The translations under genes were made by a program, and so were the position numbers. A stretch of DNA of 60,994 nucleotides, the filler included, from Sphacelaria rigidula (lineage: Eukaryota), in NCBI GenBank assembly GCA_964200075.2. It is 6 parts of 6 records of this genome, joined end to end, with 100 filler letters (N's around TTAATTAATTAA, not from the genome) between each part and the next. Parts side by side here need not be neighbours in the genome. Positions count along the whole stretch, not along the records: positions 1 to 10,084 come from CAXNAA020007181.1; positions 10,185 to 20,267 come from CAXNAA020007182.1; 4 more parts are not named here. One strand, given 5' to 3'. Position 1 is the first letter of the stretch. Each line of letters opens with the position of its first letter. Positions 1 through 13,100 of this stretch are shown here, one piece after another. Under the pieces are notes generated by a model that was given only the letters and a program-made list of their open reading frames with translations, was not told the origin of the DNA and did no database searches.

Positions 1-232
1 GTTTTAGGCTTGAGCCTCATCTCGAAGTTAAACCTCAATTCTCACAATTTGTTGTTGTTTGCAAGATAGCTTCTGTGTGTGCCATCCGTGTGCATGCTTC
101 GTAGAATCCGAGCGATGAAGATCTAGTCGCATGACCTCATCCACTCTACTGCCGCACCTCTCGCAAGAACTCGAAAACGTACACTGAACCATTACGTGTG
201 TCCCCCAACACTGTACCATACTGTCCTGACAG

Positions 233-3200
233 AACAGGCATCAGCACTGCGTGACCGCGAACGCGCACTAGAAGGCGCCAGTGCTACCCAGCAGAGTCAC
301 TGTCGTTTCTGCAAGGTACGGACGGTGGATATTTTACGTCGATAACTTCCCCAAAAACATCGCATTGACCTTCTTGTGGGTTTCGCCTCCGTCGTCGGAA
401 GAAGCTCTAGTAGTCAATTCTGCCGCGAAAACGGATTCGACGCATTTTTGATCCCATCGGTGTGTAGCGCGTGGCAATCCCTATTGGTGACAAAGTCGTT
501 ACTGTCTGTTTCGGTGACGTGTACAGCTCGTATGGGTGAGGTATTAGACCGATATATGCGCCCGTAAAGGGTCATATTGAACAGTGACGTGTACCAAAAT
601 ATGGTACAAGGCGGCTGCATTATACGCACCATGTATATCCTGCCCCTTCCCCCCAGGAGCTTTTGCATGACCTTCGGGAGAATTTCACCGTGGTCCGTGA
701 GCAATCGAGCTGGGGTGACACTGATCCCTTCTGCTGCGGACAGTGCCGGAGCCTCAGTGAACCAGAAACTCCACCAAATAGCACGATACTTGTGAACGCC
801 AAGAACCAAGCAGGAGACCAGGTCTCTCTGCCATCCTCTCCTCAGGAGAAAGACGAAAACCCACCGCACCGACCAGTGGGCGAGCTTGGCCAGACTGAGG
901 ACACCGACTCATCTTGCACGGCAGCACCGGTGACGGGAGAAACAAGAGGGGTAGAGGCGATACACTCACCAGAGTACCATGGTTTAGGTAACGCAAAGCA
1001 CCTCGGCGGCGAACATCTCCGACAGACAAAAGCGACGGTAATGGGTGGGGTAGCAGAGAGGCCGACGTGTCTACCATCGGCAGCTGTCGCTGCGGAGTTC
1101 TCCAAGCACCTGCATGATGTAGACAAGTATCCCTTGGACTGGGTCCGCTTGTGCCGATTTGCAAGGTTCTTGACGGTCAACGGTCTCCTCCGTGAGGCCT
1201 ATGAGGTGCGGGGTACGGGAACGCAGAGGCGCTCGGGGCAGACCGTATAAGTTATAGTTTGTTGCAGAGGGTACACCAGAATCGAGATGAATGGAATGAT
1301 TCCTCAACTGTCATGAAATTGTATGTGCGCTAATGTTTGCTATACGAGCCCAATGACTCCCCCGCCCTGAACTTCCTGCGAATTGACCTCTGTTGTTTAC
1401 AAGTTGCGCGCATCGTCTGGAGCAGCTAATGATTTTTGTCCTCGCGCCTGATTCGCTTGCTTGGTCTCTGGGGATAAGCGCTTGAATTCTGTGGTCTCAC
1501 TAACAATCCATTCACGTTGTATCACGGCATTAGTGCTCATTCTCATCTTACTTCTGATAGATTGTTCTCACCAATATTTCGTACGTTATGGTGTGATAAA
1601 AATTTCAATTTTTTAGTGCTATTTTCATTCCCCCGACAGGTGATTCTACATACCATCGCATCCTTCACGTTTGGGGCCAGCGCCAACGAGGACGAGGACA
1701 TATGGGATTTTTCCTTATCAACTATGCCTCCTGGCCTAGGAGCTCAGCTGGGTGTTGTCGCGGGAGTTCTAGCCGTCAAAGTTGGGCGTTACACAGAGGC
1801 CGTTCAATACGTCAGACAGGCTGCCCGCGCGGCTACGGTACACAACACCTCTGACAGGTAAGGATATGCGGGTGTTTGCCTGATGCGACTTCTACCGGCT
1901 TGACAGATATAAGAAGAATATGACTGTAGTTGGTGGAGCCGGGAAAGAGGGAGTCACACGTACAGCATTTGTGGCCCCTTCATGAACAAAACTTCTCTTT
2001 ACTCGGTGCGCACCATGGGTTTATAAGGCATTGGCACAGGAGAATCCAAGCAATATGCCCAAGGAAAGCTGAAGACCAGTATCCGATTTCTCGCAGCGGA
2101 TCCTCCACCTGCATGCATTTAACGGATCTAAGCAACAACAATAACAACGAAAAACGCACCCATTCCTCTTACTAGTACGCATTTGCGACACACACACGAA
2201 TACATATGGATACTTTCATTATATCCAACGTGAAGCATAAACGAAGAATGGCTATAAGTCCGCGAAAAGGCCGGGAGCCTTGCATTATCGTACAACCTCC
2301 ACCTGGGATATGGACATCCATCTGGAATATTCATCTGGAATATGCATCCGAGATATGCATACCCCTCTAGAATATTCATCTGGGATTTGGGCGTCCATTT
2401 GGGACATCCACACTCCAGATGGACGTACATCTGGAATGTGAATTTCCATCTGAAATGTCGATCTGGGATATGAATATCCACCTGGGGTGTGGATATCCTA
2501 CCACATGAGTGTTCATATCCTAGATGGATATCCATATCCTAGATGGATATCCCAGACGGACATAGATATCTCAGATGGAGGTTGCACGATAATGCAAATC
2601 CGTGCACTAGCCCCTATGTGGCCGACACTTTTGAAGTATTGGGTGACAGAATCGACAAGGGGGATTGGAGGGTATCAGCGATCGTAGCGGATGTGCCGAC
2701 GGCACTTGTAAATGTGTGGGTAACACGCCCATCTTGTCGTCGACGGTGGGGAGATGTCGGCGAAAATTTCCCAAAAGGGTGTCGAGGATTGATTGCACAG
2801 CTGCGGGTGACACGGTGTGGCCTACTCCTCTCTGGTACCGACGACGCCTTTGAAGAAATCAATCAAAGCTCAGCCACGGTCGGCCACGTGGGGGAAATGT
2901 TGGTGAAAGTGTCGGAGGCACTGCCGACACCCCGGACATATCGCCGACAGTGTATCACCTACCCTTGGCAGCGCCAACAACATGTCCATGGTGGTGTTCA
3001 TGATTGCCGCAAGGGTCGCGACAATGTCTAGAAATGGCACCTCGTGGAGAGACCACACGGATAAATCCTTACCTTCTCATGTTTCCTTTAGTCAAGTGCA
3101 TTTCCGGAGATCACAGTAGAGCCCGGGACATCATTTTGATGCATTTCTTCGAGTGTAACGCCACCTTTGCGAAATCTGTAGCCATGGAAGTAGTTTGTTT

Positions 3201-6200
3201 GCCGACGAATACCTTGTCGCAGATATGAGAGATACGCTGACCTGTTAGACGTACGAGGTAAACTTGCGGCTGAACTAGCAATACTTACTCCATCAGACAC
3301 CGACTGAAATGTTGTTTTTCGTTACTTCTGTCTCTGAATATACCAGCCCCGCTATACTTGTGGCATGTAGCCGCGTTCTCGAGAACCTCAAGGATGATAG
3401 ATCAGCAGAGATTCTTCTGCTAGGATGCTTGGTATTATCCCCGAACTGCGCGGCAGCGCTGTCACGCTACGGAAAATTGGCAGCGCGAAAGGTAAGTACG
3501 ATCGGGGTATCATCTTCAGGTCCTCTACGGCAAGAGGTACTGCCCCACGTTGAGGCGCAGCGGCTATCACGAGACACCCAAGTCGTCTGCACAAAACAAC
3601 TTTTGCGATCGCGCACTTCCTTCCCATTCACATCCGTTAGAGTCGAATGTGCTCCTTTTACTTTATTCAAATCGCAATCTGCGCTTCTGCTACAGCGTCG
3701 TAATCGATCATATCTAGGGAAGCACCTCAAGAGCACCGTCGCGGCACACAGCGATATCTTTGATTTCCTTCCCTTATTTTTCGAATGGACAGGGCGAACT
3801 TGACCTGGCTGAAAGATACCTCACAAGGGCGGTATCGCATACCGGAACGACTAAGCACGGTATTCGGCAGGGTGTAAATGAAGCGCAGGGCTGGGTCGCA
3901 CTGATGGAGTTCTTGTGGGAGAACCGCCCCACTTCGCGAGCGATGGATACTACGGTGAGCGTGGTCGGGATTTACAGGCACTTGCTTCCGTGTGCGATAT
4001 TGGGGTCCGCGCAGTTATAATGACGCGCGCAACTACGATAGTGTAGGAGTTGGAACGCTGTCGAATGCCCTAAAAACCACCTTACGGTGCCTTTTCATGG
4101 TTAAAACCATGATTTTTTAGGGTTGACCAGGGTTCCCGCTGTGACGGTTATCTAACCATAGGGTGGAGTCCTGTAAGCGACTTCATGTGCTCATCAATGG
4201 TCTCAGAGGGGCAAAAGCGAAACTGTAATATCCAGAGCTCGGTCTCCACAGGTGTACTGTACACGTCTTGCAAGGGAGTTGTTGTATCGTACGGCATTCA
4301 TATCACTTGAATGTCACGTCCCAACCAAAGCGGACGACTGCGATCACGGGGATTATCGGGAAATCTCACCAAGATTTCCCAACGAACTACCTTCCTTAAA
4401 CCCACACTACACGCACAGAACAGCTACAGAAAAGCCCTCGTTTGCCTGAACTGGATGCCATCTGGAGGGGGCTCAACTCCGCCAACTCAATCGCGCGCCG
4501 TCCACGTCGGTGTCAATCCTGCGGGCGTGCCGCCTGACTCGCCGAGGACGAGTCCATGTCCAAGTGCGTCGGTTCTGTTAGCGCTGGGACGATTCGAACT
4601 CCTGATGAACGGAGACGTGGAAAGGGCGTCGGCGCTCTTCACTTCCTGCGTGAAGATCAATCGTTGGCATGCGTCCGCAAAGGTGACCGACGTCCGAACT
4701 GTGCTGAAGCACTTACTCCTGCTGGGCGTGGACACAGCTTGAGTTTTCTTACCACTTTCACCTGGGCGTACGTACTATCTTTACAGGAGGGTTTTCGGGT
4801 AGATGAGTGATGCCACAGTAGTGGTGATGCACTAGGAAATTCTCAGGTTCAAATTATCAGGTGCTCTTTATCTCATCCACAAACGACATACGAAATGTGT
4901 GGGAGGACGCCACGATCAGCAATCCAATGAGCAGGGGATCTCTCAAATTAATTATGAAACAGAGAGATCCTGACCCATATTCTTGTGCAGCTTCCAACTT
5001 CATGGGTCCCTCAATGAGAAACTTCTGGGCCTAAACGTGCAGCCCCTACCATGGCATGGTCCAGACCAGAGAACTTCAAGTGCGCACTGCCCAACGCAGC
5101 CGGCCCTTTTATGAACCCAGGCGGTTGAGATGAACCAACGGCCTGGTCCAAGTCTTCTGCCTCATCCTGTATTTGATCTGATCGTCATGATCCACGACTC
5201 TCTGTTTCTTCTGCTGTAAATGATCGCGCGGATGCAGTTGCACCTCGCCTGCTGCTTGCTCGTGAAGCTAGCGCCAATTTGCTGGAATCATCGTGCTGCG
5301 GTCGGCCGCACGTCGTCGAGGTAGGCCTAATTACCCGTGGTATGTACAGGTTTGCATTTTTGTTTGATGATTTTGATTGATTGATTGGCGCACTTTGATT
5401 GACCCCCCAGGGATTCAGCCGTGGTCGCGAGATAGACGTACCCGAGAAAAAAACAAACTGAAAGCACTCCAATGACGATGGTACCTTCGTACAGGACAAC
5501 CGAAAAAGGCGCCATTCATCACGCCGCGGACGTCCTTTCAGATTTTTGTTGTGTTGATTTTATCATCAACTACCCACTCGCTTGTCCCATTCACATTACA
5601 CATGTCTGAATACCTTTTCTCATCTGATGTACGCATTCTGGTGTTGTTCTGGCCGAATTTCACTTCGACACACTTATGAGATGCCCACTGTCTCGCTGAC
5701 TAACTACTCCCTGAACAAAAATTCACCCCACCCTCTACTTTTTCCCGTGGACTGATGCATGTGCTTCACGACGAAGGATGATAACAAGGGTAGACAAAAT
5801 GTTCCGCTCCGTTCTGGAGTCTACACCCTTCTCTCCCACAGGACCGCCATCAGTGGCTCCAACCCATCCGGCGCTATCTTCCACTGCTACGCTCAGCATA
5901 ATCGCACCACTGCCATCCTCTCACTCGCTACCCAATGCTTGGCTAGTGTGGGCCCTTTACGCGAAGTTCGTTGAAGTGTGCCTGCCGAACAATGGTCCGA
6001 GCTTGGCGATGACCGCCCTCCGTCAGGCCGAGGATTCGCGATCTAAGATGTCCTTCGTAGGGCGACGAACGGGAAGAACGGGATACGGAGAGTCGATCCT
6101 TTCAGTTGCGCGCGCTCAGCTTTGTCAACGATGGCCTCAGATTTTTGCGGCTACGAGAAAACCGGGTAACATTTCCACGCTGGAGAGAATGTTCGAGGAC

Positions 6201-9200
6201 GCAACGAAAAGGTGAGATGACATATGTAGGCATCAATAGATGCTGGCGACTGGGTATGCGCATGGTCGGTATTAACTCGGCGTGTGTTGTTCCATCACTT
6301 GTAGATGTTTCGTGTTGTGTGTAATAACATCATTATACCGAAACATGGCGCCAACTACTTGTCATCAACTCATCTGCTACCACAGTGACCTGTTATAGTA
6401 CGTCGTATATGATTGAGTGCTTCGGTACATATTTTTGGGATTTTGATCCATCCTATTTCTGCAAAGCTGCCCATTCGATCGTCAACCGAATCGTCGATGT
6501 CGAGTCATTGCTCAGCATTCGATTACCGTCAACATTAGGTAATTTTGTATACTTCCTATGATGTCGCAGCACCCCTTTAACTGTTGATCTGTTATTCACA
6601 CGCTGTGGCCGATCTATTGCATTTCCGTCAGGTATCCAGACGATGCGATCGCACACACGGCACTCGGTTTCTTTCTCCTCACCGACGCTGTCGACCCCAC
6701 CCAGAAAAATGCCTCCAGCACGTTTGAACAGGCCGCTGGTGCGTTTCGGAAGGCAATATCCCTGAGGGCAGGAATGGAGGACTATGTACCTGCCACGACA
6801 GGTCTTGCTGTGGCACTGAGACGGTGCTCTTTGAGCGCAGAGGGGACAACTCTGTCGCAAGAGGTGAATCGAAGCGACTGGGAGTCTTAGCGGAAAGGGT
6901 CAAGGCTGGGGCTAGGATTAGGCAGTACTGGGAATGATGTTCACGAGATAAGACAGTGAACGAGTCTGACGTGCTGATCGTTGGGCTGCTAGCTTCTCGT
7001 ATTGATCACTCGTGATTTCTGCTTGCTGCATGCCGACGAGCGCGTGTCAGGTACTACTGTGCGACGGCGAAAAATGGCTGGAGCAGGGATCGTTTGTTGT
7101 TCCATGCGTATTTTTCTGTTTTGGCCGACGTATCTGGATAAGAACAGTTCCTACGAATCCCTACCAACACATGACTACCATCATGGTGCGACCTGCACCT
7201 TGGTAGGTCAAATGTGGAATGCTTATCCTTGATATATTCACCTTGCGGCGTAGTCTGGGGTAAAACAACTGCAAGGCATCCCATTTCAAGTTGGTAAACG
7301 ACCCCCCCCCCCCCCCCCCCCTCCACTTTCTGCCCTTCTCGAGCCAAGGGGCCCAGCTATGCATACACAACAAGACCACGTCCCTTGTTTTCCTTCCCTT
7401 TCCCTTTCCGTCTCATTACCACCTCGGCTGATCACTACGTGGTGGCACGGGCAGGACGGTGATATCAATCCCTGCCACATCCTTACAAAAGCTATCGCAC
7501 GATCTACCATGCCAGGAGGGAAAGAGAGCGTCGCCTTGATGCGCACCGCGGCCATGCATCTATACACCTGGCGAAGGTCGGCCGCGTGGGAAAGTAGTCC
7601 CTGTGCGATATTCTTGCCCACTACCTTGAAATCGCAAGCCAAGGCGGCTGCAGCGCGACTGATGAAGACACGCCGGGCAGAAGGGTTACTGATGAGAGCT
7701 ATAAATCTCGAGCCTTTTCACTGGCCAACGATGGCGGCGCTCGCGTTTTTACTGCTGCAATGCGGGGGTGAGGACGCGGCGGGGCGAGCAGCGGTATTGC
7801 TTGAACAGGCTTCGAAGATCGCGGGGCGAAGTGGTAAGCTTAATGGGTACCGTAACTTCATGGTGGCGAAGTAGGTTTGCAGTGCTTCAACGCAAGGTTC
7901 CCGTCATTATGCGAAATATGCTGGAGAAGCGCGAAAGTATTTGCAAGTTAGCAAATAATTCAGACACGACAAGGCAAGATAAGGTAAGAAGCAAGCCAAA
8001 CATATTTTAGCCCAGGCAAAAAGCTATGTCTATCTCATGCTCTCCGACCCATCACTGCTACGCACCTGCTCTCGTGGATCCCTTCTTTTTCGCATCAGCC
8101 CCACCCGACGTCCTCCGAGCTCTCGCCTTCGTTCGGGCCTCGCAGGAATGTCGAACATCGTCGATATCTCTGCTCCGCCGAGCTGTCTTTTCGCCTGATG
8201 CTTACAGCAGCACCTCCCCCGACGAGCGATCCAGTCGCGAGGAGGACGACCCGCTCTCTCTTTGCCACCTGGCGAGATTGTTGATCACCCCCCGTTGCCG
8301 TCGACGCCGCCATGCCAGTGTTTCTCAATCTTCAATTCTGCCGAAAGGAGCCTATTCGTCAGATGGGCGAGCGAGCGAGCGAGGGAAGAATGGCGTACCG
8401 GAAACTGATACCGACGACAGTGTCGCTCTTGCTCCTCCTGCTGCTGCTGCAGTACCACCTACTGAGGGCCATCAGGAGGAAGAGGGGGAAAAGTTCATGC
8501 TACCGAGCGGCGAGGACAAAGATGAAGCTAGGAGACTCTTTTCGAGAGCGCTCGCCTCCGCTGAGGAGAGAAGAAAAGAGCGATGCAGTGCTTCAAGATG
8601 TTATTGGAGAGAGGCAGGAGGGACTGGGACATGGCACGATGGGGACATTGATGGCAGCGGCGGCAGCGACAGCGGTCGGGGTGGGATCATGGATACACTC
8701 TTGGCGCAGGTTCATCTAGAGGTGTCGGAGTGTAGTCAGCTACTGGGGGGTCATGGACTTCAAGAGGGGGTTGCCGGAGGGGAGGGGGGCACAGGTGGCT
8801 GTGACGAAGCGAGCGAGGCGCACCTCCGATTAGCAGCCCGAGCTGCGCCGGACACAAAACCCGGATTAACTGCAAGGTGAAAAACAGTTGAAACGTAAAC
8901 CCCAAGAGTTCGCAGCTACCGCACACGCAGTTTCTCGGCATGTCACATGGACCTTGAGGCGACAGCGATGCCAAACTTTTGGGATATATTTTGGCGGTTA
9001 GAGTGCCTGAAGGTTCGATCGACAAACCTGGGGCAACTACGGCCGACAGCATTCGGAGCTGCAAGGTTTCGGCGGTTGGCCCCCCTCGACACTCGATTGA
9101 CAAAGCTGGGGCAAATGTGCCCGACGGAGTTCGAAGCTGCAACTTTTTTGCGATTAGAGCGCCTCAAAATTCGATCGATAAAGCTGGGGCAACTATGGTC

Positions 9201-10006
9201 GACGGAGGTCGAAGGTTCAAGAACAGTTTCAAGTGCCAAGCACGCCTTCTGATGCACACGAGTATAAGTCTCGCTTTGAGGGAGGTATCGCATTCTGCTA
9301 TTTCTCGGAAGCCTCTCCTTCCTGCTCCCTCATTGATCGATTGAATTTCGCACATTAACATTAACATTAACATTAACTGATCCGCCACGAATGACGCCAG
9401 TCGTAGTCACGAGAGAGACGTACCCAACGTAAATACACGGGAACAATCGCTGAAGGAAACTCGACAAAGGGGAGCATTTGAAAGGAATATAAGAGAGGAC
9501 AGAGGTTTTACAAAAACAAGAACGGGACGAAAAAAGAAGTCGGTGGTACTGACTTTGATCGACAAATCGTGTTTCCCAGGTATCTCCTCGCCAAACGAAT
9601 TCTTGCCAAGGGCAACGACAAACAAGCAGAACTCCTGTTTGTAGCCGCTCTAGATGCGAAACCAACCACATTCGGGGCCTCCGCGGCGTTCTTGTCCATG
9701 CTCCGCCAGGTGGGTGCGAAAATTGAAGGCGATGTTGTTTGCTCGCTTAGTCATCCCGTATGTCAATCGCACCGTTTGAGGAGCTTGCGTGTGTGGGCTG
9801 CAATTTTTCATTTATTCATCACCTCTACTTTGGTAAGGAAGTATTGTGTGGAGTGTCCATTCTCCTTATTTTGATACCATACGTGCGTGTTTTGAACAAG
9901 CCAGGTGTCTGTGGACGCTGCAGACGCCAAGAGTCTGCTGAATCGCCTGCGGAGGCGTGTCGGTAAGGGCAAAGGGCAGCGAAAAAAGTGCGAAGGCTAC
10001 CACAAG
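233..10006 (+). CDS. Partial multi-exon gene (5' and 3' ends outside contig) encoding a large TPR-like alpha-helical repeat protein
   Basis: 13 exons with AG/GT borders and compatible phases: 233-315, 657-1205, 1640-1857, 3347-3491, 3793-3954, 4419-4682, 5238-5320, 5777-6211, 6632-6863, 7455-7833, 8099-8876, 9580-9709, 9905-10006. The joined frame is open. TPR-like segments include GRYTEAVQYVRQAA, PNCAAALSRYGKLAARK-GELDLAERYLTRAV, GDVERASALFTSCVKINRWHASAK, YPDDAIAHTALGFFLL and AEGLLMRAINLEPFHWPTMAALAFLL. The 7455 acceptor was chosen for phase fit and is the least certain border. Confidence 0.85.
2280..2597. mobile_element. Foldback/MITE-like element with TIRs and internal short repeats
   Basis: Left TTGCATTATCGTACAACCTCCACCTGGGATAT pairs with right ATATCTCAGATGGAGGTTGCACGATAATGCAA. 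The interior is built of degenerate CATCTGG(A/G)ATAT units that flip orientation. No clear TSD. Confidence 0.7.
5375..5470 (-). repeat. Dispersed repeat with (CAAT)n tail (SINE/LINE 3'-end-like)
   Basis: (GATT)n followed by CGCA...GATAGACGTAC. Related copies at ~9333-9430 and ~49824-49950. Confidence 0.6.
8990..9220. repeat. Degenerate 78-bp tandem repeat, about 3 copies, intronic
   Basis: Core CGAT(C/T)GA(C/T)AAA(C/G)CTGGGGCAA recurs at ~9016, ~9094 and ~9172. Confidence 0.85.
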
Positions 10007-10084
10007 GTGAGGAAAATACGAATGATTCTTGTGAGGGGAGGGGGGTGTACTCATGATCATGCCTGCCATAGTCATCAGACCATT

Positions 10085-10184
10085 NNNNNNNNNNNNNNNN
10101 NNNNNNNNNNNNNNNNNNNNNNNNNNNNTTAATTAATTAANNNNNNNNNNNNNNNNNNNNNNNNNNNNNNNNNNNNNNNNNNNN
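10085..10184. other. Artificial contig linker
   Basis: 44 N + TTAATTAATTAA (stops in all six frames) + 44 N. Confidence 0.97.
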
Positions 10185-13100
10185 TCTCCGCCCGCTCATC
10201 TTCCTCCCTCGTTCTCCTCCCCCTACCCTTATCCCTTCCCCGCCCCCCCCCCCCCCCTCCTCCCCCCCCCCCCTCCCCCGCTCCGCCGTCTCCGTTCACC
10301 TCGCCCTCCCCTTTCGTCGGCGCAGGCGCCTCGCCCGAATCGACGGAGGGAGCGACAGGGTTAGAAACGCTCGACCGCCAGGATTCGTACTGCTGCTGCC
10401 ACCACCCTGTAGGGTGGGCTGCGTTGGCTACCGCCGCGGCAGTTACTGCGGTCCCAACCTGCGTCATTTTCCAATGTTGTTTTGTTTTTGTATCCGAGAG
10501 GAGGGCGGAGGAAGTGGCGCGGGGAAGAGGGGGGGAGAGGGGGGAGACTAACTTGTTGCTCGCCTGAGTTATGCGAACATTGACCACGCATCCCTTTCGA
10601 GACGGAGCACCGTTGTCCCTCCTAATGAGACAACCTCCAACATTTGTGTGTTTCATACGTTTTTTTTTCTTTTAACCCCAAACACTAATTACACACAAGA
10701 ACCTTGTACGTATCTTTTTCCCATTCCTGGTTCTCCGCCTGTGGTCACCATTTGCTTCCAAGCACAGTGTGTGTATGTGTGTGTATGTGTGTGTGTGTGT
10801 GTGTGTGTGTTGTCATCCCATTTATTCGGGGGTCACATAGTAGGAAGGCCGACACAGGACTTTTCTCTTTAATGCTTGTTCCAGTTCTCCACCTTCCTTC
10901 TGGGTTGCTTGGCTTATTTTTCATCGCGGGACGGGTCCAGCAGTCCCTTTTCCTCGTCGACCGTGATGTCGCCTTTCAAGTACTGCACTCACGACATAGT
11001 CGCTCTCCACTGCTGGGCACTGTGTGAGAAAAAAGTCCCAGATCGTGTGACTGCACCGAGATTCGAACCCCCGACCCAACCGGCGGGACGCTTCGACGTA
11101 ATCGACTGAGCCACCGGGGCGATCGGGTCTAAATATGTGTGCAGCGATCGTTTTCTTCGCTGCTACTAATATCTGATTGTACCAAACGGTGTCATCCCTC
11201 ATTTTCTCGAGTACGTTCGTTCCTTGGGCGGGGGACGTTGCCAATCCTTCACACGCTGGAGAATGACAATATATCAAAATATTCAATAGACCGAAAATGT
11301 ACCGGATGAAGTATATGTATATTGCGACTATTGTCGTATTCTGAAAAGTCCCACCATCACCAGCCTCAGCCAGTCACAATGACTTGTATGTGGACTTTCA
11401 AGAGGGGAACAACAGCACCAGCCTGGTTGCTGCTGTGGGCATGGGTCAGGTTTCCACTTTTCAAAACCTCAAAATATCGGGTGTATACATTCTCCCCTAC
11501 CCGAACTGCACGGGCAACATTTCAAGCATTCAAAAAAAATCCTGTCACCCATTCGGTAGACCCGAAATTAATAAAGAAAGAGAGACAAATTTATCTCATG
11601 TGGTAGTGTGTGTGTGTGTGTGTTGCCTTCCCATCTATTCTGAACGCCGGTCTACACCTGTCGGTATATGTGGGCGCACCAGCCGGGGTCACACAGGAAA
11701 AAGGCCAACACAGAAGTTTTTGATCGTTTGTTTGTTTTAGAACTCCACCCTCCTTCTACGATGCTTACCGTTATTTTTTATCGAGAGAGGAGTTCAGCAG
11801 TCCCTTTCCCTCGTCGACCCTCAGGTCGAATCTTGTGTACCCACAACATATATGGTCGCTCTCCGCTGTTGGGCATTGTGTGAGAATAAATCCCAGATCG
11901 CTCCGAGATTCGAACCCAATCGTGGGAATTCTCAGCTGCTCGTTGTGCTCAGCTTTCTCCATTTCGATTCACGTCAACATTTTGCCTCCCCAAACCAGGC
12001 ACTTTTGGGGGTGGGGCTATCGTAGAAAGTGTCCAGGGTCATCACAGATCGTGTACAGCACAGTACTGTCATTCAGGTGAAACGTACTTCTCTGTTCACA
12101 CACGCCACCCACCTGGCCAGGGAAAACCCCCGCGCCTCCGTTGCTAGCGAGATAGGGGGGTGCCTGCCGACCGGATCCATACGGCGAGCTACTGCGGCCA
12201 TGTTCGTCTGCGCTTGACCTGGTGCAGGTGCAGACGCAGAGATCGGCGAGGGGGGTGAAGACTGTAACACACGGCATGTCTCAACCCTTTCACCACCAAG
12301 ACCTTGTTGCTATTAACGTTGCTGTTGTCATGGTCCATTGTGGTTCTTGTTGTCATGATCCATTATCGTCGTCGTCGTCTTCACATTTCGAATAACGGTT
12401 TCGATATCTGTGCAGTACTTCTAACTTCCGTCCTGGGCATCTAATGCGGACGCCTTCCTTGGTCACAGACTGACTGACTACCCCCAAAAAACAGCGCATC
12501 ATCGGAATTGAGGATGGAGTTTCTTCATTGAGGATGAGAACCCGGAGGATTAAAATCTTCGTATCCACACCAAATCTTCGACATATGGTTCCTTTCCTTC
12601 ACCTACTGGTAGCTATTGACAACTGCTACACGCTCTGCGATTTTGAAATTTGATAACCGAAATGTTGGGGTGCTAGATGAAGAAATATTTTTGGGAAATT
12701 CAGGTGATCCGATCGGATTGCCAGTATTCCTCGAAATCGTTTTTTCATCTAGGACCTCAATATTTCGGTTATCGAAATCCAAATTGGTGTGATGTGTAGT
12801 ACTTGTCAATAGCTACCTGTAGGTGGAGGAATTAAACAATATTTCGAAGGTTTGGTGTGGATACGAAGATTTTAATGCTCCAGGTTCTTATCCTCAATGA
12901 AAGGCTGTATCCTCAATTTCGACGATTGGCTGTTAAAAGAGTTATTACAAAAATAGAAAATCGAAGTTGAACAGACCCAGAATAATTAATGCAGACGCGA
13001 TCCACCAAAAAGAGAAACACTGCAAACCTGGTAAGATCCGGTGTCGCAGATGCCCATTCGGGCTACTGGGAGCAAGGTTAGATGTTCCCACTCGACACAC

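Noticed and set aside
2600..3031. 162-aa plus-strand ORF as an exon or separate gene
   Set aside because: It starts within a foldback repeat, has no recognisable motif, and exons 1857 and 3347 join without it.
7051..7204. Additional TPR-gene exon
   Set aside because: An acceptor is present but its best donor gives an incompatible phase. The flanking exons join in frame without it.
10129..10140. TTAATTAATTAA as a biological motif (e.g. piggyBac TTAA site)
   Set aside because: It sits inside N runs and is identical at all five joins, so it is an assembly linker.
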